57,119 nucleotides of DNA from Gemmatales bacterium (lineage in GTDB: Bacteria; Planctomycetota; Planctomycetia; Gemmatales; HRBIN36): positions 1-57,119 of the forward strand of contig JANWWR010000006.1 in assembly GCA_025055835.1 (NCBI GenBank), read 5' to 3'. The notes under the pieces are model-generated. The model was not told where the DNA came from, ran no database searches, and was given only the letters and a program-made list of their open reading frames with translations. Numbering within the stretch: the first letter of the stretch is position 1; each line of letters starts with the position of its first letter. The position numbers and the translations under genes are program-made. Below, piece by piece: positions 48,522 to 57,119 of this stretch.

Positions 48522-50741
48522 ATGGGCGTCAACTTCCTCATCCCCTGGCTGCTTGCCGGTGCTGCTCTGATCGCGGTCCCGATCATCATCCACCTCATCC
48601 TGCGGAGGAAGCCCAAGCACCTGCTCTTCCCCGCCTTTCGCTACCTGCAACAGCGCAGCCGAACGAACCTGCAAAAGCTCCGGCTCCGCCACCTGCTTTT
48701 GTTGGCCCTGCGGATGCTCCTCATCGTCTTCATGTGTCTCGCATTGGCACGGCCGCTGCTGGTCGGCGGTCCGGAGCAGTTGGCGATGGATCATCCGTTG
48801 GCCGTCGTGCTCGTCTTCGACACCAGCCCGAGCATGGAATACGAACACGAGGGCCAAAGCCGCTTGGACGAAGCCAAGGAGATCGGCCTGCGGTTCGTCG
48901 AATATCTGCCGACGGACAGCGAAGTGGCCATCGTGGACACCGGCGAACCCGGGGTCCGCTTCACGACGCCGCGGGACGCCGCCAGCTTGATCCGCACCCG
49001 CCGTATCCGTCCGCTCAGCCAGCCGGTCACGGCCAGCCTCGAAGAGGTGTATCGCCACCTGGAAAAAGAGCCGCCGGAATTGCCGGTCGTCCTGGTTGTC
49101 TTCTCGGATCGAACGGCAGCGTCCTGGAATCAGGATGCCGTCAACGCGGTGGTGAAGGCAGCCAGGCAGCGGGCGGTCAGCAAACTCGGCAGTGAAATCC
49201 CGAGCTTGTACCTCGACCTCGGCCCAACGGAGCCGCGGAACGCCGCCATCACGGGCCTGTCGCTGAAGCGTGCAGAGCAGGACCAGCCGACAGCGCTGGA
49301 AGATCTGCCGACGGGAACGAGCAACCGTCGGCCCATTCTTCAGGCCACGGTGCAGATCACGGGGGCCAGCGTGGATACTGACGTGACCCTGTGGATGGAC
49401 GGCCGCCTGGTGGACACGAAGCGGCTGGTGGTCTCCTGTCAGCCAGGACAAACGGTCACGGAGGCCGTCACGTTTGCACCGCTGGATTTCCCTGCCGAAC
49501 CGCCCAATCAAGTCCATCAGGGGGAAGTGCGGCTGAAATCCCGCGATCTGCTTCCTGCGGACAACCTCCGCTACTACACGCTCTCCGTCCAGGAGCGCAA
49601 AGTGCTTATCATCGCCGACCGGCCCAATGAAGCCCGTGACTGGCAAGACGTTCTTGAATCCATTGACCAACTGCCGCTTACCTGCGTGGCATCCGCTCCC
49701 CGCGACATTCCGGCGACGCTGCATCCCGATCAGTACGTCTTCGTCTGTCTGGTCAACGTCGCCGAGCCAAGCCCGGTGCTGTGGGAGAACCTGACGCGAT
49801 ACCTCAACGCGGGCGGCAGTATCATCATCATGCCCGGAGAGGATTGCCGGGCAGATGCCTACAACAGTCCAGAAGCCTTGGCCGTCATGCCGGCCCGTCT
49901 CGTTCGCAAGGCCGACGTGCCCTCGCCGGGTTCCGCCCTGGCCCCGACGGACTACAACCATCCGATCCTGGCTCCGTTCAAGTTCTGGGAACGGCCTCGG
50001 CTGCCAGGACTGGTCTTCCGCCATTGGCAGGTGGAAGTTCTAAGCGGTGCCAGTCAGGTCGTGTTGCCGTTCAGCCATCGCTCGGAGGACAAGCCCGAAC
50101 CGGAACCTGCCATCCTCGAGCGGGTTCCCGATCCCAACAAGCCGCAGGGCCGGGTGGTGCTGTTCACCACGCCGCTGTATCGGCCCCGCAAAGACTGGAA
50201 TACGATCTGGGATTCCTGGACCTGTGTCGGTCTGACTTTCGCCACGGCCCGGCATCTGGTTGGTGCTCGGGACGAGCGACAGAACTTCACGCTCAAGGAC
50301 GATGTCCGCTTCTGGCTTCCGCAAGGCTCGGGGGCCACAGCCTACAGTCTGAGCGGACCGGAAACTGCCGTCGGCGAAATCCGACCGGGCCAAAGTCAAC
50401 TCGTCATTACCGAAGCGCAACGGCCGGGCAACTATCGAGTGGCAATCGGCGACTCCTGGCAGCGACATTTCAGTGTCAATCTGCCCGCCCTGGAAACCGT
50501 GCTGGCTCAGCAGCGTCCTTCCGTCGCAGACCTCGAAGGCCTGCTTGGAGCCAACACGGTTTTTCAAGCCGACCAGGCTCCTGAGTTGAGTGAGTTGACG
50601 CGGGACAAGCTCGGCCAACGACCTAGCGTCGAGCTGTTGCCCTGGCTGATGGTCGCCGTTTTGCTGGTGCTGGCACTCGAAGGGTTTGTGGCCAACCGCT
50701 TCTACCGCCAGGAACGCCAGCCGGTGGAGAACACGGCATGA
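48522..50741 (+). CDS. BatA-domain vWA membrane protein
   Basis: PIIIHLI..RKPK..FPA..L and LALARP motifs; MIDAS FDTSPSM and FSD; C-terminal TM. Confidence 0.88.
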   Translation: MGVNFLIPWLLAGAALIAVPIIIHLILRRKPKHLLFPAFRYLQQRSRTNLQKLRLRHLLLLALRMLLIVFMCLALARPLLVGGPEQLAMDHPLAVVLVFDTSPSMEYEHEGQSRLDEAKEIGLRFVEYLPTDSEVAIVDTGEPGVRFTTPRDAASLIRTRRIRPLSQPVTASLEEVYRHLEKEPPELPVVLVVFSDRTAASWNQDAVNAVVKAARQRAVSKLGSEIPSLYLDLGPTEPRNAAITGLSLKRAEQDQPTALEDLPTGTSNRRPILQATVQITGASVDTDVTLWMDGRLVDTKRLVVSCQPGQTVTEAVTFAPLDFPAEPPNQVHQGEVRLKSRDLLPADNLRYYTLSVQERKVLIIADRPNEARDWQDVLESIDQLPLTCVASAPRDIPATLHPDQYVFVCLVNVAEPSPVLWENLTRYLNAGGSIIIMPGEDCRADAYNSPEALAVMPARLVRKADVPSPGSALAPTDYNHPILAPFKFWERPRLPGLVFRHWQVEVLSGASQVVLPFSHRSEDKPEPEPAILERVPDPNKPQGRVVLFTTPLYRPRKDWNTIWDSWTCVGLTFATARHLVGARDERQNFTLKDDVRFWLPQGSGATAYSLSGPETAVGEIRPGQSQLVITEAQRPGNYRVAIGDSWQRHFSVNLPALETVLAQQRPSVADLEGLLGANTVFQADQAPELSELTRDKLGQRPSVELLPWLMVAVLLVLALEGFVANRFYRQERQPVENTA

Positions 50742-53146
50742 CCAACGCCGATTGGCTTCCGAATCTTGATCCGCTCTGGCCGCTCGTGGCGATCTCCAGC
50801 GCCGCAGTTCTGATCATCGTTTTGACCCTTTGGGGCTACCGCAGCTTGACAAACTTCCGGGCGAGTCGGATCACCGCCTTGATCGTGATCCGTCTGGCCG
50901 CCCTGGCCGTCGCCTGTCTGGTGCTTCTTCGACCCACCTGGGATTACCGCGAGGTGAAGCGGAATCCCGGAACGCTTATCGTGCTGTTTGATGCCTCCAA
51001 GAGCATGCTGGTCAAGGATGAAGACCCCGGAATGACCCGCTGGAAGGCGGCGCTCCTGGACTGGAAATCCGCCGGCGAAATGCTTCAGCGACTGGAATCA
51101 GAGCAACTGTTGCGGGTCATCACCCACCGTTTCGACGATCAATTGCGGGAAATGGACTTTGACCGCGATGCCGACGGCGACCGCACGGCTCTGTTGAAAG
51201 CCCTCAACGATGCCTACGAACATCACAAGCCGCTGGAGCGGGATGCCGCCGGCCAACTGCTGGGAATCGTAGTCTTCAGCGACGGACGGGAGAATGTCGG
51301 CAAGCCGCCGATGGAAAGCGTGATCAGCCGCTTGTCCCGTGCTCCGTGTCCGGTCCACGTCATCGCCCTGGGCGCGCCGGGGGGGAGCGAGTTGCAGCCC
51401 GATCTCGCCGCCGTCCACATCGAGGCCCCGCAGACAGCCCGGGTCAAGGATCGGATCATCGTTCGGGGCACCCTCCAGGCGCAGCGATTCGTCGGCCAGG
51501 ATGTCGAAGTCTGGCTTCGGATCAACGATCAGCCGGTGGACCAGGCGGACCATCCCGGCTCGCCGGTGCGGTTGGTGTTGCGACCGACCACTGCCGTGCA
51601 GACCTTTCAAGTCGAAATGCCAGCCGGGAAACTGCCCGATCAGCCCGGCGACGTTCGGGTTTCCTTGTGGATCAAGCCTCTGGCCGGCGAACTGACCGAA
51701 ACCAACAACGAAGTGTCCACCTACGTCACGCTGGTCAAGGAAGGCCTGAGCATTCTCTACATCGACAAGGATCGCTGGGAGCCGAAGTTCCTCCGCCGAG
51801 CACTTAAAGGCGATGAGCGGATCACGCTGTATTCGGCCTACCTGGGACAAGACACCGGACCGGAGGCCGACGCCTGGAGGCGCGACCTTTTGCGGGCCTT
51901 GCAATCGGGGGAACGGCCCTATGACGTGTACATCCTCGGCGACATCCCCGCGTCCCGGTTCGTCCCCCGGACGCCGGAAGGGCAGGCCATCCTTCAACGC
52001 ATCCACGACCAAGTCAACGACGGGGCTGGTTTGTTGATGATCGGAGGCCATCAGAGTTTTGCCAACGGAGTGGATGGCCGAGGGACCGGCAGCTGGCGCG
52101 GCACGATCATCGAAACGCTGTTACCCGTGGAGTTGGACTCGATCGGCCAGTTGGAAGGCGAAGGAGGACATCGTTCCGTCCGCTTTGTCCCCACGGAGGC
52201 GGGGCTGCGCCATTTCGCTCTGCGTCTGGACAGCGATCCGGTGCGGAATCGACAGTGGTGGGAAAGGCTGCGGCCGCTTGATGGAGCCAATCGTCTCGGT
52301 ACTCGCAAGCGTGGGGCGACGGAATTGGCCATGACGCCGGAGGGAGATCTGCTCCTGGCAGTACAGGAGTATGGCCGAGGACGCACAGCTGCCTTGGCCG
52401 TCGATACCACCTGGCGCTGGGTTCGTCCCGGTCCGCCGCGCAACCCCGAGGATCGGGATCGACCCGGCGTGCTTTCGGAATCCAGCGAAGCTCATCTGCG
52501 ATTCTGGCGGCAGTTAATCTTGTGGCTGGCCCGACAGGAGGAGGCGGGCAAATCCCTGCGCGTGGAACTGGACCATCGCCGGCTGGCCGCTGGCAAAGAA
52601 CAGGGCATCACGGTTCAGGCTCGGGAGGTGAATCCCGGCGGTGACCGGGACCGCCAGCGGGTCATCAAGGATGCCGAGTTCACCGTCCGCATCCGCCGAC
52701 CGAATCAGCCTGAAGACGCTGCCCCGGACACCCTGGCTGTGTTGCCCGAGGGACCGGACGGCAAACATCGCGGCGTCTACTGGAACACGGATGAACCTGG
52801 CGAATACGTCGTCGAAGTCTCGGCCCGGCACCAGGGCAACGATCTCGGCTCGACCACGGTACGCTTCATGACCTATCGCGACGACAGCGAACTGCTCAAT
52901 CAGGCGGCGAACCACACGCTGCTGGAGCAGATCGCACGGGCCACGGGGGGCAGTTTCCGCGTCCACGGCGGGCTGCGGAACCTCCTGGAGGAAATCAATC
53001 CCGCCGCCGCTGCCGAGTCAGTCAAAATCACCCGTTTGCCTGACTGGAAACAAGCCAACCCCGGGCTGATGACGCTGTTGTTTGCCCTGTTCGTTGCTCT
53101 GCTGTCTGCGGAATGGGTGCTGCGTCGGCTCTGGGGACTCGTTTAG
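50738..53146 (+). CDS. vWA + GATase-like membrane protein
   Basis: LLRP, FDASKSM, FSDG, GLLMIGG, EYGRGR..TWRW, RFWRQLILWL and EWVLRRLWGLV motifs. Confidence 0.85.
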   Translation: MTNADWLPNLDPLWPLVAISSAAVLIIVLTLWGYRSLTNFRASRITALIVIRLAALAVACLVLLRPTWDYREVKRNPGTLIVLFDASKSMLVKDEDPGMTRWKAALLDWKSAGEMLQRLESEQLLRVITHRFDDQLREMDFDRDADGDRTALLKALNDAYEHHKPLERDAAGQLLGIVVFSDGRENVGKPPMESVISRLSRAPCPVHVIALGAPGGSELQPDLAAVHIEAPQTARVKDRIIVRGTLQAQRFVGQDVEVWLRINDQPVDQADHPGSPVRLVLRPTTAVQTFQVEMPAGKLPDQPGDVRVSLWIKPLAGELTETNNEVSTYVTLVKEGLSILYIDKDRWEPKFLRRALKGDERITLYSAYLGQDTGPEADAWRRDLLRALQSGERPYDVYILGDIPASRFVPRTPEGQAILQRIHDQVNDGAGLLMIGGHQSFANGVDGRGTGSWRGTIIETLLPVELDSIGQLEGEGGHRSVRFVPTEAGLRHFALRLDSDPVRNRQWWERLRPLDGANRLGTRKRGATELAMTPEGDLLLAVQEYGRGRTAALAVDTTWRWVRPGPPRNPEDRDRPGVLSESSEAHLRFWRQLILWLARQEEAGKSLRVELDHRRLAAGKEQGITVQAREVNPGGDRDRQRVIKDAEFTVRIRRPNQPEDAAPDTLAVLPEGPDGKHRGVYWNTDEPGEYVVEVSARHQGNDLGSTTVRFMTYRDDSELLNQAANHTLLEQIARATGGSFRVHGGLRNLLEEINPAAAAESVKITRLPDWKQANPGLMTLLFALFVALLSAEWVLRRLWGLV

Positions 53147-53259
53147 TCCCAGCGTTCTGTCGCCGTTCCCGACAACGTTTCCTTCTGCCCTTCGCCGTGG
53201 TTTAATGGACCGAGGCTGGTGCCGGTGTCAGTGATCATTGGCCGTGACCGAGGTGGACC

Positions 53260-53694
53260 ATGAGACGCCTTGCTCTTGCGCTCGCAGTTCTGCTACCCGT
53301 CCTGATCGGGGCTGATGATCCCCGCAGCGAATTGAAAAAGATGGAGGGCACCTGGAGTATCGAATCCATCGAAAAAGACGGTCAGCTCATGGATGCGACC
53401 AAGCTCCGCAAGCGTTCCGTGGTCATTCAGGGGGACCGCTATATCGTCAAGGAAGGCAACGACATTCTTGAAGCAGGAACCTACCGCGTCGATCCGAAGC
53501 AGTCTCCCAAGCACATTGACATCCGCCCGACATCGGGACCGTTTGCCGGTCGAGTGCTTTTGGGCATCTATCAGCTTGGCGACGACGAACGAGCCATCTG
53601 CTACGCCCCGCCGGGATCGCCGCGGCCCAAGGTGTTCAAGACCAACCCGAACAGCGGCGAAATCTTCATCATTTACAAGCGGGTGAAGAACTGA
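53260..53694 (+). CDS. Planctomycete TIGR03067-type exported protein
   Basis: Signal peptide; MEGTW, VDPKQSPKHIDI and GIYQL...ICY...RP motifs. Confidence 0.8.
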   Translation: MRRLALALAVLLPVLIGADDPRSELKKMEGTWSIESIEKDGQLMDATKLRKRSVVIQGDRYIVKEGNDILEAGTYRVDPKQSPKHIDIRPTSGPFAGRVLLGIYQLGDDERAICYAPPGSPRPKVFKTNPNSGEIFIIYKRVKN

Positions 53695-53698
53695 CACG

Positions 53699-54529
53699 AT
53701 GCGCTACGCCATCTGCAACGAGACGTTCGAGGGCTGGGAGCACGACCGCATCTGCCGTTTCGTGGCCGAGCTTGGCTACACAGGTTTGGAACTCGCTCCG
53801 TTCACGCTGGCTCCACGCATCACCGAGGTGACGGCGGAACGACGCCGGGAGCTGCGCCGGCAGGCGGAAGCCGTCGGTGTGCAGATTCTCGGCCTGCACT
53901 GGCTGCTGGCCAAGACGGAAGGCTTCCATCTGACCTCGCCGGATGCCACGATTCGGCGTCGCACTGCTGAATACCTCGCCGAACTGGCCCGCTGTGCCAA
54001 GGACCTGGGCGGCGAATTGCTCGTGCTCGGCTCCCCAGCCCAACGTCGCATCCCGGCCGGGCACAGTCGGGAACAGGCCATCGAATTCGCCCTCGACACG
54101 CTGCGACAGGTACTTCCCGCCCTTGAGGAAACCGGCGTCTGGCTCTGTCTGGAACCGTTGGCCCCGCCGGAAGCCGATTTCATCCTCAGCGCCGCCGAGG
54201 GCGTCGAAATCCTCGACGCCCTCGCCCATCCGCTCTGCGCGTTGCATTTGGATGTCAAGGCGATGGCCGCGGAATCCACGCCGACGCCGGACGTGATCCG
54301 CCGCTACGGTCATCGCATGAAGCACTTCCACGCCAACGACGCCAATCGCCGCGGCCCGGGATTTGGCGACACCGACTTTGTGCCCATCTTCGAGGCCCTG
54401 CGGGACATTGGTTACAAAGGCTGGGTGTCCATCGAGGTCTTTGACTACTCGCCCGATCCGGAAACCATTGCCCGGCAAAGCATCGCCTATCTGCGAAAAT
54501 GCGCCGCTCAAGCCGGAGTCAAAGGCTAG
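53699..54529 (+). CDS. Sugar phosphate isomerase/epimerase (ketose 3-epimerase-like TIM barrel)
   Basis: LEPL, LHLD, HFHAND..R.GPG.G and GWVSIEVF motifs. Confidence 0.85.
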   Translation: MRYAICNETFEGWEHDRICRFVAELGYTGLELAPFTLAPRITEVTAERRRELRRQAEAVGVQILGLHWLLAKTEGFHLTSPDATIRRRTAEYLAELARCAKDLGGELLVLGSPAQRRIPAGHSREQAIEFALDTLRQVLPALEETGVWLCLEPLAPPEADFILSAAEGVEILDALAHPLCALHLDVKAMAAESTPTPDVIRRYGHRMKHFHANDANRRGPGFGDTDFVPIFEALRDIGYKGWVSIEVFDYSPDPETIARQSIAYLRKCAAQAGVKG

Positions 54530-55461
54530 CCAGAGGTGGTCGTCGTTTTGGGAAGAATGTCGCGGAACACCTTGCGGGGAATAAGCAGGTGGCGTTCTGC
54601 TTGCCATTCCGCGACGACAGCGCCGAGTAACGATGAGCCAAGGGCAACACACTCCCGGCCATCCTCGAGCAACGCTTGATCTCGTGGAAAATAACGAACC
54701 GCCTGCCCCTGGCACAGCCGGGCGAAGTCAGCGTCGGGCAGTCGCACCTGCGGCAGACCGGAGAGGGCCTCGGTAGCCGGTCGCAGGGGGGCCTCGGCTT
54801 CGGTTTGAGATGCCGAAAGGGGCAGAGCGTCCTCGATACGAAACGGCCCGATGCGGCGGCGTTCCAGTTCCTCGACAATCGCCCCGCAACCCAGAACTTG
54901 GCCAATGTCCCGGGCCAAGGAACGGATGTAGGTTCCCTTGCCGCACTCGATCTCGACTTGCAATCGAGGATACTCGAAGCTCATCAGGCGGATGTCGTAC
55001 ACCACGACCCGCCGCGGCGAAAGCGGAACCGAGCCGCCACGCCGAGCCGCCTCGTAGGCTCGCCGGCCCTCGTGATGCACCGCCGAGTACGCCGGGGGAA
55101 TCTGCTCGATTTCGCCGACGAAACGCCCCAGGGCGTCTGTCACGGCTTTCCGGCTGGGGACCGGCGCGTTTGCCACTTCCTGAATGCGACCATCGGCGTC
55201 GTCCGTGTCGCTGACGACTCCGAGCCGAAAGACCGAGCGATAGGTCTTGGGCATCTCCTGGGCGTATTCGATGAGTCTCGTGGCGGGTCCGATAGCCACC
55301 AGCAGGACTCCCGTGGCCAAGGGGTCAAGCGTGCCGGCATGGCCCACCCTGTGACCGGGGAACCACTGCTCGACCTGATCCACGACCTGTCGAGACGTCA
55401 GGCCCCTGGGCTTGTTGATCACCAGCAGGCCGCAGTGCTTCGGGACATCGGGAGCCGTCAT
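54526..55461 (-). CDS. truB: tRNA pseudouridine(55) synthase
   Basis: GHAGTLDPLATGVL, QIPPAYSA and GTYIRSLARD motifs. Confidence 0.96.
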   Translation of the reverse strand: MTAPDVPKHCGLLVINKPRGLTSRQVVDQVEQWFPGHRVGHAGTLDPLATGVLLVAIGPATRLIEYAQEMPKTYRSVFRLGVVSDTDDADGRIQEVANAPVPSRKAVTDALGRFVGEIEQIPPAYSAVHHEGRRAYEAARRGGSVPLSPRRVVVYDIRLMSFEYPRLQVEIECGKGTYIRSLARDIGQVLGCGAIVEELERRRIGPFRIEDALPLSASQTEAEAPLRPATEALSGLPQVRLPDADFARLCQGQAVRYFPRDQALLEDGRECVALGSSLLGAVVAEWQAERHLLIPRKVFRDILPKTTTTSG

Positions 55462-55465
55462 GGCA

Positions 55466-56185
55466 TCAGTCCAGACCAAGCAATGCCAACACGCCCAGAA
55501 CGCAGAGAATGGTCAGAGAGCGAACCGCCTCGCGGACGTTGACCTTGGACGAACCGGCCCGGCGGTCCTCGAAAATGATCGGCGTTTCGCCGAAACGAGC
55601 ACCGGCCTTGCGGCATCGGTACAGTACCTCTTCCTGAAACGAGTAGCCCCGCGACCAGATGCGATGCAGCGGCAGCCGACTCAGGAGCGACACCCGATAA
55701 CAGCGAAACGCCCCGCTGGTGTCGTGGACCGGCAGGCAGAACAGGACACGGGACAAGACGTTGACTCCCCAGCTCATCGCCGCTCGCTTCCACGGCCAGT
55801 TCTTCACGCCACCTCCGGGCACATAGCGCGATCCGATCATGACGTCCCGATCCTTCATGCCCCCGTACAAGTCAGGAAGATAGCGGGGGTGATGGCTGAA
55901 GTCGGCATCCATGTTGATGAGGAAGTCATAGTTCTTCTCAATGGCGTAGCGCATGGCAGCGATCGTGGCGGTTCCCAGGCCCATTTTGCCCGGACGATGG
56001 AGGACATGAATCCGACGATCCTTCGCTGCCAGCTGGTCCGCCAACTGTCCGGTGCCGTCGGGGGAGTTGTCGTCGATGATGAGGACGTCGGCTTCGGGAA
56101 GATAGCGGTGAATCTCGGAGACGAGCGGTTCGAGGTTGTCCTTCTCGTTGTAAGTCGCGAGGCTGACCAGGGTCCGCTCGGACAT
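55466..56185 (-). CDS. Polyprenol monophosphomannose synthase-like GT2
   Basis: TYNE, DDNSPDGT, MDADFSH, GSRY and DTSGAFR motifs. Confidence 0.9.
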   Translation of the reverse strand: MSERTLVSLATYNEKDNLEPLVSEIHRYLPEADVLIIDDNSPDGTGQLADQLAAKDRRIHVLHRPGKMGLGTATIAAMRYAIEKNYDFLINMDADFSHHPRYLPDLYGGMKDRDVMIGSRYVPGGGVKNWPWKRAAMSWGVNVLSRVLFCLPVHDTSGAFRCYRVSLLSRLPLHRIWSRGYSFQEEVLYRCRKAGARFGETPIIFEDRRAGSSKVNVREAVRSLTILCVLGVLALLGLD

Positions 56186-56300
56186 CGGCCTTTACCTTGT
56201 TCCGGTGTTTTGATCGTGCTTTAATAAGTTACACTACAGCGTCGGCTTCCCAGACAGCGACGGCAAGATTTCATTCGGCTTTTTCTACGGTGATCCGGTC

Positions 56301-56963
56301 ATGGCTGCCACGTTAGCGGTTACCTGCCCGCACTGCCGCAAGACACTTCAGATTCCCGACACAGCCGCGGGAAAGCGAGTCAAGTGCAAATGGTGTACCG
56401 AGGTCTTTGTGGCGACGGCCCCCCGCTCCGCCAAGGGCCAGGCCGGCAAAGGCAAAGACGCGTCCGATCCAAAGGCCAAGGCCTCTGCTGCCAAAGACCA
56501 GCCGAAAACCAGTGATGACGAAGAGTGGGGCGTCGTCAAGGCCTACGGTGTGACTAAGGAGAGTGACAAACCTCACTGTCCCTATTGTGCCTGGGAATTG
56601 GAAGAGGAAGGTCAGGTCGTTTGCCTCCATTGCGGGTACAACTTGCAGACGCGGGAGCGGCTGGAACCCAAAATCTACGAGCCGCTGACTTCCTGGGACT
56701 GGTTCTTTTGGCTGCTGCCCGGCATCTTGTGTGGCCTCGTTTGCCTGACCTTCCTCGGCGGCATCATTTACTGCATTTACATTCTGATCTACCCATGGGA
56801 AGGGTACGAAGGCTCCAGCACCTTCCGCATGTTTGTGATTTACACCGCCGTCGCGTGCGGTTTCGTCGCCTTCTTATCCGGTCGGTTCGCGGTCAAAAGG
56901 CTCATCTTGAATCCACGCCCGCCGGAACGGGAGAAGCGGGTCAAGAAGGAAGGCGAAAAGTAG
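56301..56963 (+). CDS. Double zinc-ribbon membrane protein
   Basis: CPHC...CKWC and CPYC...CLHC pairs; two TM segments. Confidence 0.72.
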   Translation: MAATLAVTCPHCRKTLQIPDTAAGKRVKCKWCTEVFVATAPRSAKGQAGKGKDASDPKAKASAAKDQPKTSDDEEWGVVKAYGVTKESDKPHCPYCAWELEEEGQVVCLHCGYNLQTRERLEPKIYEPLTSWDWFFWLLPGILCGLVCLTFLGGIIYCIYILIYPWEGYEGSSTFRMFVIYTAVACGFVAFLSGRFAVKRLILNPRPPEREKRVKKEGEK

Positions 56964-57099
56964 AAACCCTTCCCCGGACGGGGCCTGCCTCGGTTTTGCG
57001 CCTGGCAAAACGTGAGGTATATTGGTGTTGTGCGGCGGAGGCGGCAAAGTCTTCGCCCCGAACCCGTCGCCAGTCTGCGTCCTTCAGGGAAAAGCACGC

Positions 57100-57119
57100 A
57101 TGAGCAACGATCTGACGCC
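57100..57119 (+). CDS. Possible start of a CDS truncated by the window edge
   Basis: ATG after a purine-rich AGGGAAAA stretch; only 6 complete codons visible. Confidence 0.3.

Overview
High-GC, gene-dense chromosomal segment from a Planctomycetota bacterium, probably Gemmatales-like. This assignment is inferred from lineage-typical families: TIGR03067-type, DUF1592/DUF1552, BatA-vWA and YXWGXW proteins. About 48 CDS are supported. Housekeeping genes include dapL, purE/purK, rsfS, ugd, carA, lexA, trpD, thiE, ruvC, cysS, ispF and truB. The window also holds two MoxR/DUF58 loci, three peptidases (S9A, M24, tricorn S41), a hybrid histidine kinase, a DUF1592/DUF1552 pair and an AT-rich VapBC-type toxin-antitoxin module. 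No rRNA, tRNA, CRISPR array, transposase or prophage was seen. The clearest anomaly is a tandem array of four 30-bp palindromic REP-like units inserted in frame in ruvC, adding a 4x10-aa repeat to an otherwise intact Holliday-junction resolvase. Other leads are a ClpN-ThiD2-ThiE fusion, three enzymes with altered conserved motifs (Ddl-like ligase, IDH-like dehydrogenase, nucleoside hydrolase), candidate SOS boxes at lexA, symmetric divergent -10 boxes and leaderless-type starts. All assignments come from motif recognition by eye, and no database search was run.
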